From the NCBI GenBank assembly GCA_951406725.2, contig OX597816.1:139996001-140060000 (forward strand): a stretch of 64,000 nucleotides of DNA, written 5' to 3'. The position numbers were made by a program, and so were the translations under genes. The stretch's first letter is position 1; every line of letters starts with the position of its first letter. Below are positions 14,640 through 28,754 of this stretch, piece after piece. The stretch comes from Octopus vulgaris (taxonomy: Eukaryota). Under the pieces are notes generated by a model. It was not told the DNA's origin and did no database searches. It saw nothing but the letters and a program-made list of their open reading frames with translations.

Positions 14640-15225
14640 TTCGATGCGACCTTTATTGTTCTATATCTATTCCTTTCTATTTCTCTTTCTCTTTCCCTTT
14701 CCCCTTTCGTTTCCTCTCTCTTCCTTTCTCTAATTCCTTTTCTCTCCTCTCCCTTCGCCGTTCTCTGTATGTCCCTCTCTTTCGCTCACTCTTCCTCCTT
14801 TGCTCCCTCGTTGCTCGCACGTGACCACCGGCCATCTTTCTTTTCCTCGCTTGAGTTTCTTTCCTTCCGATCAGCCGCAGGGATCAGACACATTCTTGTC
14901 TGTCTCGTGTTAGAGCTTGTTTATCCACCTCATCTCGTTTAGACTTAGCAGCCCTTCTTTGTTTTCACTATCCTGTTTTTGTTACCAGCTTTGACCCTCC
15001 GCAAAATCCCAAATTTCATTTCGGGAGAAACTGTTTTGTCGAAGACATATCTTGTTGTGAATTGCTCGAAATACGGAGTAGAAAAACAGCCGACAACTGA
15101 TGAAGGGTTGTTCTTTATGCTGTCGTCTTGTTTTCCATTTGATGTTTCGTTGTTCGCTGAAAGAAGTTCGTATTCCATGTTTTCGTATTTCGTATTCCAT
15201 GTTGTTTACGTTCAGTGACATGCAT
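14640..15225 (+). mobile_element. Interspersed repeat family C copy
   Basis: Homologous to 3009-3462; contains CGAAATACGGAGT...CTGATGAAGGG. Confidence 0.6.
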
Positions 15226-15370
15226 GTAATATATGTATGTATATCATGGTGACCGTCACCGTGACAGACCAGGCTATCAGATGTTGCTACACATCGGTGG
15301 TTACAATGCGCTTCGCATTGTTTCAGCCTTCAAATGACGCCAGCTCGCTGGGTAAGCGGGCAGGCCAATG

Positions 15371-15450
<80 letters not shown>

Positions 15451-15631
15451 TATACATATATGTATGCATATATATATGTGTGTATGTGTGTATACATGTA
15501 CAATAATACACATACACATTTATACATACACACATATGTATGTATGTGTGAGTATACACGTACATACACTGATACACATAAACATACATACACATATATG
15601 TGTGTGTGCATGTATGTATGTATGTATGTAT

Positions 15632-16085
15632 ATGTCAGCGACTAAACCGGCAACCCCACCAAGCTTGCTTGGTGAAGAGGGTGTTTATTGGATACCCTGC
15701 GGGATGAAAAACAAAACCCGTCACAGGGCGGAGGAACTCTTGAGAGTCAACGGTCATCCAATAAATGTCTTAAGGCTCTATCATGCGCGGGGACGTAGAA
15801 ATAATCGGACTGAATACCCGATCGCGCGATTAAACCATTGGGAGTGAAGGACTCTTAGCCTTTGTTAGGACATCCTTCTAGGAGAAGGTAACCCAGGTAA
15901 CTGGGATAACTCCGACATAAAACCTGCGGCTCAGTGGTTACCGATGATGTTGACTTGTTCTTCTTTTCGGATTATGGCTGCTGTAGCTTAGCGAGTGGGA
16001 TTGACTCAGTGCACAGCCTTTCCTCACTTTAAAAAAAATCTTCTTGCGCAGGCATTGCACGATAACAACATTGATTAAGCTTCGT
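15632..16085 (+). mobile_element. RTE LINE 5' UTR without ORF
   Basis: Matches the reverse complement of 22220-22520 and 22715-22845, which lead directly into the RTE endonuclease ORF at 21705-22010. Confidence 0.75.
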
Positions 16086-16138
16086 GCAATGGACATACTC
16101 GATAACGAGGGGCCAGCCACCATCTATGTATGTATGTA

Positions 16139-16208
<70 letters not shown>

Positions 16209-16329
16209 GTGGGGAGCGGTGATGACAATAAAGACGCTTAGGTTTGGTGTGCAAAATACATTTATATACGCATGTAATTATATATAGAGAGAAATATATA
16301 GAGAGCAATACAAGCTGAAAATATTCAGA

Positions 16330-17940
16330 TAAACATTTGTGTATTTAGATATTTACAGAACAAATTTACATGGTATATAAAGTATAAGGCAAACTAAGGA
16401 GATAGGCATGGTGTTTCGGGTCCAAGAGCTGTTTCTAGCTAGATGCCAATCTTTCCACTCCGAAGACGGAGGCTGGCTTTACGGTAATGTTTATATGGAT
16501 CCAGCGCTGGTTGCATATTTTTGACATTTTACACACTCCAACTGCCCACATTACAGCTATTACGTAATTCCGAGCCCCCGAGAAACAGCTGTCGAGCCTG
16601 AAATACTTTTATATCCTACTATATTCCAATAAATACAAACTCTCAACGACTCCTTACGACTCCTTCCGTCTCAACCAATACGCTACTCTTTATAAGATTT
16701 CGGTTAGTCCATTCTGCCAATCCCACAGGTGTGTCAATGACTCTCGCCACAATTGAGATTTACTTCCTAGGGTAGTTTAATATTTCTTCCGTTTAGGCAC
16801 TACTTCCAACCGTTGTTTGTTTCCTCTTGTGTTGCTACGCCTAGGTTCGACTTTCTGAGGCGTTGGAGCATCAAGGGTATCGTAGAGCACTTCCTTGGGT
16901 ATTACTTTTGCTTTTTTTCTGAATAGCTATTTTTTAACTAGTTTAAATGTCTTTTGTATTTCCATTTTCCGTTTCTTATCACATACGTCATTTTGCCTAT
17001 TCGTTTTGTTACTACTCCTAACCTTCTCTTCCGTTTTTATGTATTTTGAAAATCACCTTGACACCGATATTAAAATACTTGATCATATTTCTAGTGTTTT
17101 CCCTATTTGTTGAAAATTTGTGAAAATTTGACTTTATTTTTCGAGCAAACATTAGTTCCGCAGGCGGCTTGCTTGAGCAATTGTTTGGGTTTGGTGTTAT
17201 CCTATGAACCCTCAAGAAGTGTGTCAATGCTGCGTCATCGGCTAGCTCGTTTCTTGATTTCTTTAATGCTCTTTTAAATGTATCAACAAACCGTTCCGTT
17301 TTCCCGTTTGATCTTGAGCGATATGGCGGAGTAGAGATGCGATCAATTGCGTATATTTTCCAAAAATCCATACGCCGTAAACTGCGTACCATTATCGGAT
17401 AATATGGTGTCCGGGACACCATATCTTGCAAGAAGTTCATGAAGAAATTCTATTGTTACTGAAAAGGTTGGTACCTACAACTACATATTTCCGGTCATTT
17501 AGTATAACTATTTACTACAATCAGGTATTACGCGCCATCTACTGGTCCAGCAAGATCTATGTGAAGCCTGGTCTATGGGCTGTCGGTATTAGGCCACAGT
17601 TGAAATTTTACTAGTGGGGACTTGGCTGCAAGGGCACAACGTCAGCAGGATTTCACCGACTTTTCAATGTCACGGTCCATTGTAAGCCAATATACTTCTC
17701 ATTAGTGATTTCATTCTCGAAATTGCTGGGTGACCAATATGAAATTCCTTTAATAAACGCTTTTGTAGTGCCGCATACATCAACACATTGTCACACAGTG
17801 AGAAATGGTTCGCATTTGTGTTGCGCATATTTTTATTTTCTTTAGCTTTCAGTGTTTCTTTCATTTTTATAATGAATTTACCGTTCTCCGATTTTGATTT
17901 TATGTCTGGTAACGTAAATGGCAGTTCACGAATAGTTACT
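16330..17940 (-). mobile_element. Ty3/Gypsy LTR retrotransposon remnant (integrase + probable 3' LTR)
   Basis: LQKRLLKEFHIGHPAISRMKSLMRS..DIEKSVKSC (HHCC zinc-binding region) and STPPYRSRSNGKTERFVDTFKRALKK..TPNPN..PAELMFARKIKS (integrase core); multiple frameshifts; LTR limits uncertain. Confidence 0.85.
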
Positions 17941-19184
17941 GCCAGATCAACGAAATAGATAACAGCAATACACCTCGTGAATATCGGTTTTAAATTTCAA
18001 GGAGAAAATGAAAGTTTCAATTGAGAATTGAAACTGTGTTGCTTATTCAACATGTCATAGATTTACATTTTACTTTACGGCGTTTACCACACTATTTCAG
18101 GAAAAAATATTATTTCGAACTCCATTTCTTACTGTATTATTTCACCAGTAAAACTAGTAAAATAGAAATTTATATCCAAGATATCTACTGCAAGTAACAA
18201 TTTGCTTTAAAAGGAAGATAAATTTATTACACACACACACATACACACACAGACACACACACACACACATACATACATACATACATACATACATACATAC
18301 ATACATACATACATACATACATACATACATACATACATGTGATTGCGTGTATTTACTGTAAGAGTATAAGTAGATATGTCCGTATGTTGAGCGGAGACGA
18401 AACTGTTAAAATAAGAAAACTAACGCCCCTATATTACAAAACCAAGCGTAGAGGATAAAACAGTTACTAAGAGAGAAAGAGGAGTCGTCCAATGGTGGCA
18501 ACTGTTGAAGACGAGCTCTGAGCTGAATAATTAGCAGTTTGAAGACAGGCATCATAATTCATACAACTAACAACTCTTTCGGCTCCATCTAACACCACAA
18601 ACATCTCTTACGTCGCTCTACCGCCCTTGTGCACTCGCTTATTGCTCATTTCCACGTTGTTTTCACCAATTCTTTCCCTTATTCCTAGTCTCCCTCTCTT
18701 TCCATTTCTTTCTTGCGCTTTCTATTTTTCTTTCACCTTCTCCCCCTCTTTTTCTCTCTTTCCATCTCTTTCTCTTTACTTTTTTGTGTTTTTCCTTTCT
18801 TTCCTACTTTCTCACATATCGCTTTCTTTGTCTCCATTTATATTTGAACCAAATCGCTTCCTCTTTCATTCTATTCTCACTTCTCTTTTCCTTTTAATAT
18901 TTCTCTGCCATCTCCTCCCCTATTTTCACCTTCTTTTCCTTTCCTTCTTATTTAATTGACTACACCCCAGTCTCTCTTTTCTACCTAGAGCACTCTACAC
19001 TTTTTCCTATAATTTTCTTCAAGAATAACTATTTCTCTTTCGCTTTTCTATATTTTATCTCGTATACTCACCATCAGAACATCCGAAACTCTGTTTTGTG
19101 GTGAGAGTAGATGAGTGGGCGACACTGTCAGTTAGTAAATAAGAAAATAGAAAGAAACCATTGAAAACAATTAATTAAACCAAA

Positions 19185-19200
19185 TGAAGAAGAAGAAGAA

Positions 19201-19251
<51 letters not shown>

Positions 19252-19390
19252 GAAGAAGAAGAAGAAGAAGAAGAAGAAGAAGAAGAAGAAGAAGAAGAAG
19301 AAGAAGAAGAAGAAGAAGAAGAAGAAGAAGAAGAAGAAGAAGAAGAAGAAGAAGAAGAAGAAGAAGAAGAAGAAGAAGAAGAAGAAGAAG
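19185..19390. repeat. (GAA)n(GAT)n(GAA)n microsatellite
   Basis: Directly visible; about 140 bp of uninterrupted GAA at the right end. Confidence 0.95.
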
Positions 19391-20904
19391 GTACCCAATA
19401 AGAACAATCACAGTCGAGAACATTATAATACATTACAAAACACGAGAAAAAAAAAGCCATAAAAAGTAACAGGAAAATGATTGAAAAATCTAAAGAAATA
19501 AAATACCAGGTTATTTATGAGTTTTTTCTCCTAAGGTAATGAATCAACTAAATAAACTTATAAATAAGCAGGGAGAAGCCTTTTGGAAATAGATCTGTTC
19601 AAAGATGCTTGCTGTATTTTTCTTTTATATGTTCATTTTTTCTGCTTGCGAAATGACCTTTTTTAACATTTTGAGACGCCAAATATTCGCCATTTTATTT
19701 TGCTGTTTTCTCACTGTTATTGTTGTTACTTCGATTTTGCTGGTTTGGCGAGGAAATGTTTTATTTATTAGTTGTGTGTTTTTTTGTTTTGTTTTTTTAA
19801 TTTTCAAAGCTGATTTCGACATTGGAATTGAAGTCGACTTAATCTTTCTAGTGCCACGCTGGCAACGACAATTTCGCTAACCAACGAAGGATTTTAAATT
19901 TTAGTTACTGAACTTTATGGAATATAAAAAAAAAGATAGTCATGTTTTCCTTTAGAATATTTGTACAGTCTTGTATTTTATGATATCGAGTTATTAGTTC
20001 TAAGCTCTTAGAAAGGATGAACAAACGTGGGAGATGCTATATAGCCTTTCGATTTACCCAAGTATAGCAAATTTTTTACTCGTGATAATGTAAACTGCTT
20101 TAAGTGTTGAAAGTAGATGTTGAAAGTAGATGATGTGGGGCAGTTGACAAATGTACATTAAATGACGAGAGACGCATTGCATCTTGGCCTTGAAGAAACT
20201 CAAAATGGTCAGCTCGATCCGATAAATATTCAGTCAGAACATCTGATGATAGAAGACAGCAATTAAAATACAGGCAGAAGAAATCAGGGATTTGCAACAC
20301 CTGTAGAAAATGTAGTTTCTAGAACATTCTAGAGAATTCCTTCTTTACCATGCATTATCAATGTATTTTAAGAACTATATGCTCCCAACCCCATTCACAC
20401 CTATGGATTAGTTTTTACAAACGAAAAATATCATTTATCACATAGAGATCGTACATTTTATTTGAATCTGAAATATTTCGTCTCGTTACTAAGAGTTTTG
20501 CTTTAGTGATTATTTAATCGATCGAAGTAGCTTGATGATGCATAAACAGAAGTATTTGCACAAACACATCCAAATATGATTAGTATGAGCCATAGCTGCC
20601 CTACTTGCCTTCGTATGTTGAAAGTCGTATTGGAAGAACACATAGACCTGCGGTTTCAAAAGTCAAAACAGTAGCACCCACCTGATCCCGGAGTAGATTA
20701 AATATTGAATTTTAGGTGAGTAGTTTAAAACGTTGTTGCACTAAACTTTCGCAGTTACACTCGTCTCCATATTGTTTGTCTATATGTGGGTTAGTCTGCC
20801 CATATTTATGCCTGCGCATAAGCATGTGTGTATGTATGTGTGCTTGTGTTTGTATGTGTGTATGTATGTGTGCTTGTGTTTGTATGTGTGTGTGTATGTG
20901 TGTG

Positions 20905-20940
<36 letters not shown>

Positions 20941-21561
20941 CATGTTTATTCATTTGCATATGTTTGTGTGTAACTATTGGTTAGTCTATGTGTGTGACGT
21001 GGAGATCGCCAGTGTCGGTATTCGCTCAACACCTTATCTAAAATATAAGAAACAATCTTCTTTTGGTACCACCCATCCACTTCTTATATTGTCTACTGTT
21101 CACGTCAACGCCTCCGCCACCTCAAGAACACTGTCGCCATATCTTATACAGTAGACACTTTTGATTTTTTAAATTTACAGTTTCTTTTAAGAGAGGAAAA
21201 GTAGGGGTCATCCTGACTGGTTTCAGTCCTTAGGAATCAGCCCTACATAGACCATAGTGTGTATTCGCCTATTTCTATCCATAAAGAAACTGTGTACATA
21301 GCTATTACGAATGAGAAACCATACAGGAAACGCCATCGCTATACAGTTACTAATTAACCTTCTTTTTATATGGACAAACTGTTTCAGTTTTTTCCTTCCA
21401 ACTGCATGGATAATGGTGATGTACGCCTTGGTTGTAAAGATATCCCCAGTAAAGCCTGTAAACATTCTATTTCAAAACTTTTAGTTGGCATGTATTTTCA
21501 AGCTTTAGGGTTCACATTTCTTCGCCTTAGGTTGCGGCTGGGAAAATAACAACGGAGTACT

Positions 21562-21628
<67 letters not shown>

Positions 21629-21704
21629 ACACACGCACGCACACACACACACACACACACATACACAAACATACACACATGTATATATGTATGTATATAT
21701 ATAT

Positions 21705-22895
21705 AATCCCGCCTGGAAATTCTTCCAGCTTGCCCACAGGAGTAGTCATAACAGCAAATGCCACTCCAGCCTCTCCTCTAAACTCTTCATCTCTGCCTTT
21801 CCAAAAGAATGTATATTTTTCATAAGATTCTGTAAGATGACAATCTCCAGCTAATCTCGTTTCAGACAAAGCAACGATGTCAAGATCATAGTGTCGAAGC
21901 TCCTTCGCGACAAGAGCGGTCCTTCGTTCAGGACATTCTGAGGACTTGCGGTCAAGCAGTGTACACACATTCCAACAGCCAATATTCAATACTTTATTAG
22001 TTTCTATCACAGTTGCTCGATTAGGCCGGGTTCAGACTGTGAAGCTCTGGAGTCCCTTCCGGGCCATTCTCTTTCATTTGATGGTGTTCCAGAGTCCTTA
22101 CTACCATTTATTTCCATACTGTTTTGGTACATCATTGATTGTTTGCTTTTTAAGGCTACAACCAGCCTTTCAGTTGAGACTCATAGCACCATCAACAATC
22201 ATCAATTAGTTAATTAATTAATCCATGTTGTTATCGGGCAATGCCTGTGCAAGAAGATTTTTTTAAGTGTGGAAAGGCTGTGCACCGAGTCAACCCCACT
22301 CACAAAGTATCAGCAGCCATAACCCGAAAAGAAGAACAAGTCAACATCATCGGTAACCACTGAGCTGTAGGTTTTATGTCGGAGTTATCCCAGTTACCTG
22401 AGTTGCCTTCTCCTAGAAGGATGCCCTAACAAAGGCTAGGAGTCCTTCACTCCCAATGGTTAAACCGAGCGATCGGGTATTCACTCCGATTATTTTTACG
22501 TCTCCGCACAAGATACAGCCACAGGCTGGATAAAATAGATGTAAGGAAAAGAAAAACGTACAAAATAAAAAAAAAAATTGAAATATAATATATACATAAA
22601 ATATACGCTATGGAATACATAAAAATATATATAATGAGCAAACTATAAAAATACACAATATATAAAATTAGTGAGAAAAAGGGGGGTGTACAGTAAATAC
22701 GTAATTATACACATATTGGATGGCCGTTGACTCCCAAGAGATCCTCCGCCCTTTAACGGGTTTTGTCTTTCATCTTGCAGGGTGTCCAATAAATACTCTT
22801 CTCACCAAGCAAGCTTGGTAGAGTTGCCGGTTTAGTCACTGACGGCCCGACAGTTTGTATTGGGTTATGTTACCAGTAGCACTCGAAAGTGACCT
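21705..22895 (-). mobile_element. RTE LINE 5' portion: 5' UTR (split by a ~190-bp AT-rich insert) + APE endonuclease N-terminus
   Basis: LNIGCWNVCTLLDRKSSECPERRTALVAKELRHYDLDIVALSETRLAG..YTFFWKG..GVAFAV are APE motifs of BovB-like RTE; broken by (TA)/(TG)n at ~21705. Confidence 0.9.
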
Positions 22896-22902
22896 GACAT
22901 AA

Positions 22903-22966
<64 letters not shown>

Positions 22967-23168
22967 CAGAGATGTACTTGCATAGCAAGTGATTTGATCT
23001 GAGATCGTGTGCTGAAACAAAAACAATTGCAGCGTGAAAGGTGTTTGTAAGCCATTTAAGAAACACACAAAAGCCGTTCGATTCACTTCAACATTTAAGT
23101 TTAATTTGTCAAAATATTTTCGTCGCTTTAAGACCGCGACCTGTTCACTGACAGAAATCCGTGCTGCA

Positions 23169-23238
<70 letters not shown>

Positions 23239-23244
23239 CCAGTT

Positions 23245-23279
<35 letters not shown>

Positions 23280-23281
<2 letters not shown>

Positions 23282-23790
23282 TCAAGAAAACTGTTGTCAT
23301 GTACCAACCTTCCCCTGGTAAGCAGCATAGTGAACAAGATATCTATGTGTATGGTATACGACTTGGTGTAGTTGATCAGATTGTCAACCTGGGAAGCACT
23401 GTTAATAGATATAGCAATTTGGATAGTGAAATTCCATACAGAATTAGGAAGGCTAGAAAGGCGCCTCTGGAGCCGGCGAGACATATGCAGGAAGACAAAG
23501 ATAAAGGTGTACAAGGCGTGTGTGCTCTCTTCTCTTCTTTATGCCTGCGAGACGTGGGTCACATATCGATACCACCTTAAACAGCTGGAAGTTTCCATCA
23601 GATGTGTCTCAGACGGATCTATGGCATCAAGTGGGAGGGCTGCATTTTGAGATATTGAAAAGCTCTCAGTGTGAAAGTATAGAAGTTCTTGTGTTGAAGC
23701 AAAGGCCAGATGGAGTGGTCATCTGGTCAGGATGAAAGATTCGAGGATGTCAAAACAACTCTTTTATAGAGAGTTAGCTAAAGAAGAACG
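23280..23790 (+). mobile_element. RTE LINE RT C-terminal fragment, degenerate
   Basis: KKTVVMYQPSPG..LGSTVNRYSNLDSEI..TKIKVYKACVLSSLLYACETW..RWSGHLVRMKDSRMSKQLFYREL across frameshifts. Confidence 0.85.
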
Positions 23791-23820
23791 ATGGATAGAT
23801 AACACTATCTATCCATCTCA

Positions 23821-23876
<56 letters not shown>

Positions 23877-23949
23877 CGTCTGTCTGCCTGCATGTTTACG
23901 TAGAGGATTACTGGGAAGTATCAACATTCCTTTTCTATACCTCATGTAT

Positions 23950-24172
23950 AATATTGGTTTCAAATTTTGGCACAAGGCCAGCAATTTCGGGGCAAGGAGT
24001 AAGTCGATTACATCGACCACAATGCTCAAGTAGAACTTATTTTATCGACCCCCTAAATAATGAAAGGAAAAATCGACCTCAAAGGAATTTGAACTCAGAA
24101 CGTGAAGACGGACGAAATGCCGCTAAGCATTTTGCCCAGCATGCTAACGATTCTGATTGCTCGCCGCCTTAC
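23950..24172 (-). mobile_element. tRNA-derived SINE family B (Nin-like domain)
   Basis: Reverse complement of the GGCGGCGAGC..GAATCGTTAGCA..TTCTGAGTTCAAATTCC..GGGGTCGATAAAATAAG family seen near-intact at 40271. Confidence 0.85.
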
Positions 24173-24316
24173 CTACATATATAATGCAGGATGTATGTTA
24201 TGTACTTAGCTACAGTTTCCTGCACAAATGCACATATAAATATACATATACCTGTGAACGTAAATTCCTCTATTTGCCTACATATCTGTTCTGTCTCTGC
24301 ACATATATGTATATAA

Positions 24317-24350
<34 letters not shown>

Positions 24351-24425
24351 GTGCGTGCGCGCGTGTATGTTTGTGTGGGTGGGTGTGTGCGTGCGTGTGT
24401 GTATGTCTATGTGTGTGAATATATA

Positions 24426-24522
<97 letters not shown>

Positions 24523-24673
24523 TTTTATGTGTGTGTTTAGGTACAAACTCTTTCTCGCACGCACGTATATACACGCGCACACAAATGCACGCACAGACAT
24601 ATAACCGTATATTCAAATTTGTGTCTCTGTAATAATCTCTATCTTTTTCTGCATGTGTGTATGTTACTGTGCA

Positions 24674-24782
<109 letters not shown>

Positions 24783-25597
24783 GTCTGTCTGTCTAGTTTT
24801 GTGTATACATCTATGTGTATATATGTATATATATATATATACATATATATAGACACGCAACATTCCCTTAGACACAAACCTACATTCACTTCGCACATAT
24901 ACACGTTTGCAAACACACACATACACACATAGATATATAAATATAGATATATATACACAGACATACATATACGCACGCAGATTCCCTCTCTCTCTCACTC
25001 ACACATACACACAAACACACACACAAACACACACACAAACACACACATATTGAACATGCAGAATCACAGTATCACCCAATGACTATAATATCATTTTCAA
25101 AAGATAATCCCTTTCCTACAGAGCGCTATGGTTGATCAACTGAAATCTCCTTTCAACCAGTTAGATATTAACTCTGGAGATGACTGTGCACAGAGAGGAG
25201 GGCCTTTATCTTATGCAGCTTCGCCTTTTTCCCCCCCAACAAACTCTCATTGCTAAGCCTTCCATACGTAGCGCAAGACAAAAATTTACTGAACCATGCA
25301 GGAAATTCGTGGCTCCAAGAAGAGGCGAACTACTGCATCCTGCTTCACGCTCATGAAATATATTGAACATTACGGTCGAACGGTAAAGTTTACTGAGGAA
25401 TTATGTGGTAAGTCTGATTTCGTTTTCCAATTTGGTCTTGAAGTTGTTGGTAACTCGACTTAGGAAGTCAGAAATAGAGTAGAGCGCTTTATGAACTTTG
25501 GTAAACTTTGATAAACTTTGACAAACTTCGTTACATAAGTATATGTACACAAACACAGGCACACATACATATGCATATACGTACGTACACACGCATG

Positions 25598-25680
<83 letters not shown>

Positions 25681-25800
25681 TTATTTATCTAACTATATAT
25701 ATATGCGCTTAGATACAAAATAGGTCCATAAACGTGTACATACACACCTACGTTCGACAATACATATGTATACGTGTGTGTATATATATAGATACATACA

Positions 25801-25832
<32 letters not shown>

Positions 25833-25837
25833 CATAA

Positions 25838-25909
<72 letters not shown>

Positions 25910-26690
25910 ATTGAAACGATTAAGAGGGATTGTGAAGTAAATTAGAAAAATATATAGGGAAAAAATCTTTTGTTACATTTCGATGGCAAGATGAAAAAAG
26001 AATATGCATGTGGTTACACTTTGATTCGAAGATAAACAACATCTATGTTGTTTGTAAGTGTGGAAAATGTCGGGTGCGGGGGTATGTTCATACTTGTACC
26101 GTCGACTCACATATTTTGCCACATTTGGGTATAAACACCTTATATAAGTGAAGGTGGCTGTGTCTCTTTAAGTAAAATGAATTTCCCTGCGTGTCTACGT
26201 TTTCTGAATGCATAAGACTTAATATTTGAATATAGCGCAGGGTGCCGTGAAGGTTTTAAGATCAAACTTTTTCTCCTTAGTGCATAGACCACATCTGTCG
26301 TTGTAATTTTACGGGGTCTTGATCTTTTAATGTTGTTTTAATGGACATAATGTTTCAAATTGTTTTTGTTTTTTTTCAGTAACCAGATATAACGCATGCC
26401 TCGTTGCTTTTCATTATCAATTTCTGAGGAGATGTAATTGTAAACATTTACTTTTGATAATCTCTTCTGTGATTCTAGTATCAAGGTTCAAATTTATTAG
26501 ATCCCACTTCATATAAGATGGAGTTTGCATTGTAGGGTCTTTAATCGGATATTTACTGGTGTATCTATATCACCAGTTGGTCCCAGTAGATAAGGTTCGC
26601 ACATACCATATGATATTCTTCATAATGGCAATAGAGCAAAAACATTTTGGCTATGACTTTTGAATAACTTTCTATACCTATGCCTAGCTC
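25910..26690 (-). mobile_element. Penelope-like (Naiad-type) GIY-YIG remnant
   Basis: Minus strand RYIWLLKKNK..IKRSRP then, after a frameshift, YNDRCGLCTKEK; matches the IWxLK..CxLCxxEK pattern of 59276-59700. Confidence 0.55.
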
Positions 26691-26691
26691 A

Positions 26692-26752
<61 letters not shown>

Positions 26753-26811
26753 TAAATTTTTATTTTTATCTAGTTTCAGCTCACAAGCTGTGGCCATATG
26801 TATATATACAT

Positions 26812-27773
26812 ACAGAGGTTGCACAAAATAATGGAAACACCTTACAAATTTATTTTAATGTGGGGTAGGACCGCCTTTGGCAGTAATTAAAGCCTGAATT
26901 CTACGAGGTATGGACTCGTAGAAAGTTTGAAATGTTTCCAAAGGAATATTTGTCCATTCTTTGTAGTGATGATGGTGGAGGATATCGACTCCTTGTTTTT
27001 CTAAAATTCACCATAAATGTCCAATAATATTGAGATCTGGGGACTTTGGTGGCCAGATAAGATGTTCAACTTCACTAGAATGTTCCTCATGCTATTCAGT
27101 AACAACTTTAGCTGCATGAATTGGTGCATTATCATCCTGAAAGATTGCGTTTCCCCCCGGAAACAGTTCCGCAACCATAGGACGAGCTTGATCAGATAAA
27201 ATGCTTAAATAATCTTGACTATTAATTCTGCCATGAAGGGAAACCATTGGGCCGGTGGATTTCCAAGATACACCCCACCCTGATCATCACAGATCCTCCT
27301 CCATCTTTAACAGTTGGAAGAAGGCAGTCTGGGTTAAATGCTTCTTTTGGCTGTCTCTTCACGTATACTCGGCCGGTGGTCGGAAATAAGGTAAAGAATG
27401 ACTCGGCCGAGGAAATAACATTCTTCCACTGCTCTAGGGACCAATTACGTAGATTTTTACTCCACTCTAAACGGTTTACAACATTTGTTTTTGAAAGTAG
27501 TGGTTTTCAGATTGCAGCACCCCCTTGAAATCCAGTTTTGTGCAGCTCCCGGCGAACGGTTTTTGGGGAAACTGGGTTCTCGAGGTGGTCATTAAGCTCT
27601 GCAGTAATTTTGGGAGCTGTACTTTTGTGACCCTTTCGGACAATTCACATAAGAATCCGACGGTCCCTATCTGAAAGTTTTGGTTTTCTTCCGGAGTTTC
27701 GTTTCGACGAGGAGATTCTTCTCTCTTTCTCAAAGGCTGTCATTACTTTCGAGACAGTACTTCTTGATACACC

Positions 27774-27775
<2 letters not shown>
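26812..27775 (-). mobile_element. Tc1-like DNA transposon, 5'-truncated, degenerate transposase
   Basis: TA + TIR CAGAGGTTGCACAAAATAATGGAAACACC at 26812; minus strand GVSRSTVSK..RNSGRKPKLSDRDRR..TVRRELHK..KPLLS..WKNVISSAES..PTVKDGGGSVM. Confidence 0.85.
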
Positions 27776-27843
<68 letters not shown>

Positions 27844-27853
27844 TATAGATAGA

Positions 27854-27921
<68 letters not shown>

Positions 27922-27964
27922 TAGATAGATAATTGTAGCAACATGGCTGAAAAGAAAGTATAGC

Positions 27965-28167
27965 ATTAATGGTGGCGTCATATCTGCTGTTGAGTTTTTT
28001 GATCAACAGGATGAAAGTTCCTTCAGCAGTGGGATCCAAGCATTGTAACACTGACTGAAAAAGTGTGAGGACCACAAGTGGGGTCTATGTTGAAAAATAT
28101 ATTTCATTTAGTCACATTCCAAGAGAGTGTCTTGGTCAGACTATGAAATTTTCAGCCGACCCGCGTA

Positions 28168-28168
<1 letters not shown>
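27965..28168 (+). mobile_element. mariner 3' end fragment with TIR
   Basis: SGIQAL..KKC..G.YVEK C-terminus followed by TIR ..TTTTCAGCCGACCCGCG + TA. Confidence 0.65.
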
Positions 28169-28212
<44 letters not shown>

Positions 28213-28214
<2 letters not shown>

Positions 28215-28422
28215 TTTTACTCTTTTACTTGTTTCAGTCATTTAACTGCAGTCATGCTGGAGCACCGCCTCAACGGGTTTTAGTCGAAGAAATCGACTCC
28301 AGGACTTACTCTTTTGTAACCCTACTACTTATTCTAGCGAGGACATAAACACACCAGCATCGGTTGTCAAGCGATGGCAGGGGAGAAACACAGACACACA
28401 GACACACACAAAAATACATACA

Positions 28423-28458
<36 letters not shown>

Positions 28459-28565
28459 TATTACTTCTACCAAATCAACTCACAAGGCTTTATAGACTCG
28501 AGGCTGTAGTAGAAGACACTTGCCGATGGGAAACAAGCATCTTACCACACAGCCACGCATGCACC
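28213..28565 (-). mobile_element. SINE family A with internal deletions
   Basis: TCTTTTACTTGTTTCAGTCATT..CATGCTGGAGCACCGCC..CTTACCACACAGCCACGC. Confidence 0.85.
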
Positions 28566-28754
28566 TACACACACACTCACACAAACACGCACTTATTCAC
28601 ACACACACATACACATACACACACTCGCGCAAATATGTATGTATCCAGACATATTAGTACGAAACATTTTCATTTGATAAATTTTGGGGCATCTAACGTT
28701 ATGCATGGGCATATGCCTATGTGTTGATATGTATGTATGTATGTATGTATGTCT

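Noticed and set aside
20090-20315. Minus-strand exon (TTTTCTACAG acceptor) or a Cys-rich piggyBac-like tail on the plus strand
   Set aside because: No recognisable domain, stops in the alternative frames and no matching donor; too weak to call.
21705-23790. Second twin-priming inversion joining the RTE 5' part and RT part
   Set aside because: The pieces are separated by ~400 bp of unrelated sequence and a large part of the ORF is missing; independent insertions explain it equally well.
26265-26315. Histone H4-like peptide RKITTTDVVYALRRK on the minus strand
   Set aside because: No other H4 sequence nearby; the overlapping frame reads DRCGLCTKEK, which fits the surrounding GIY-YIG remnant, so the match is coincidental.
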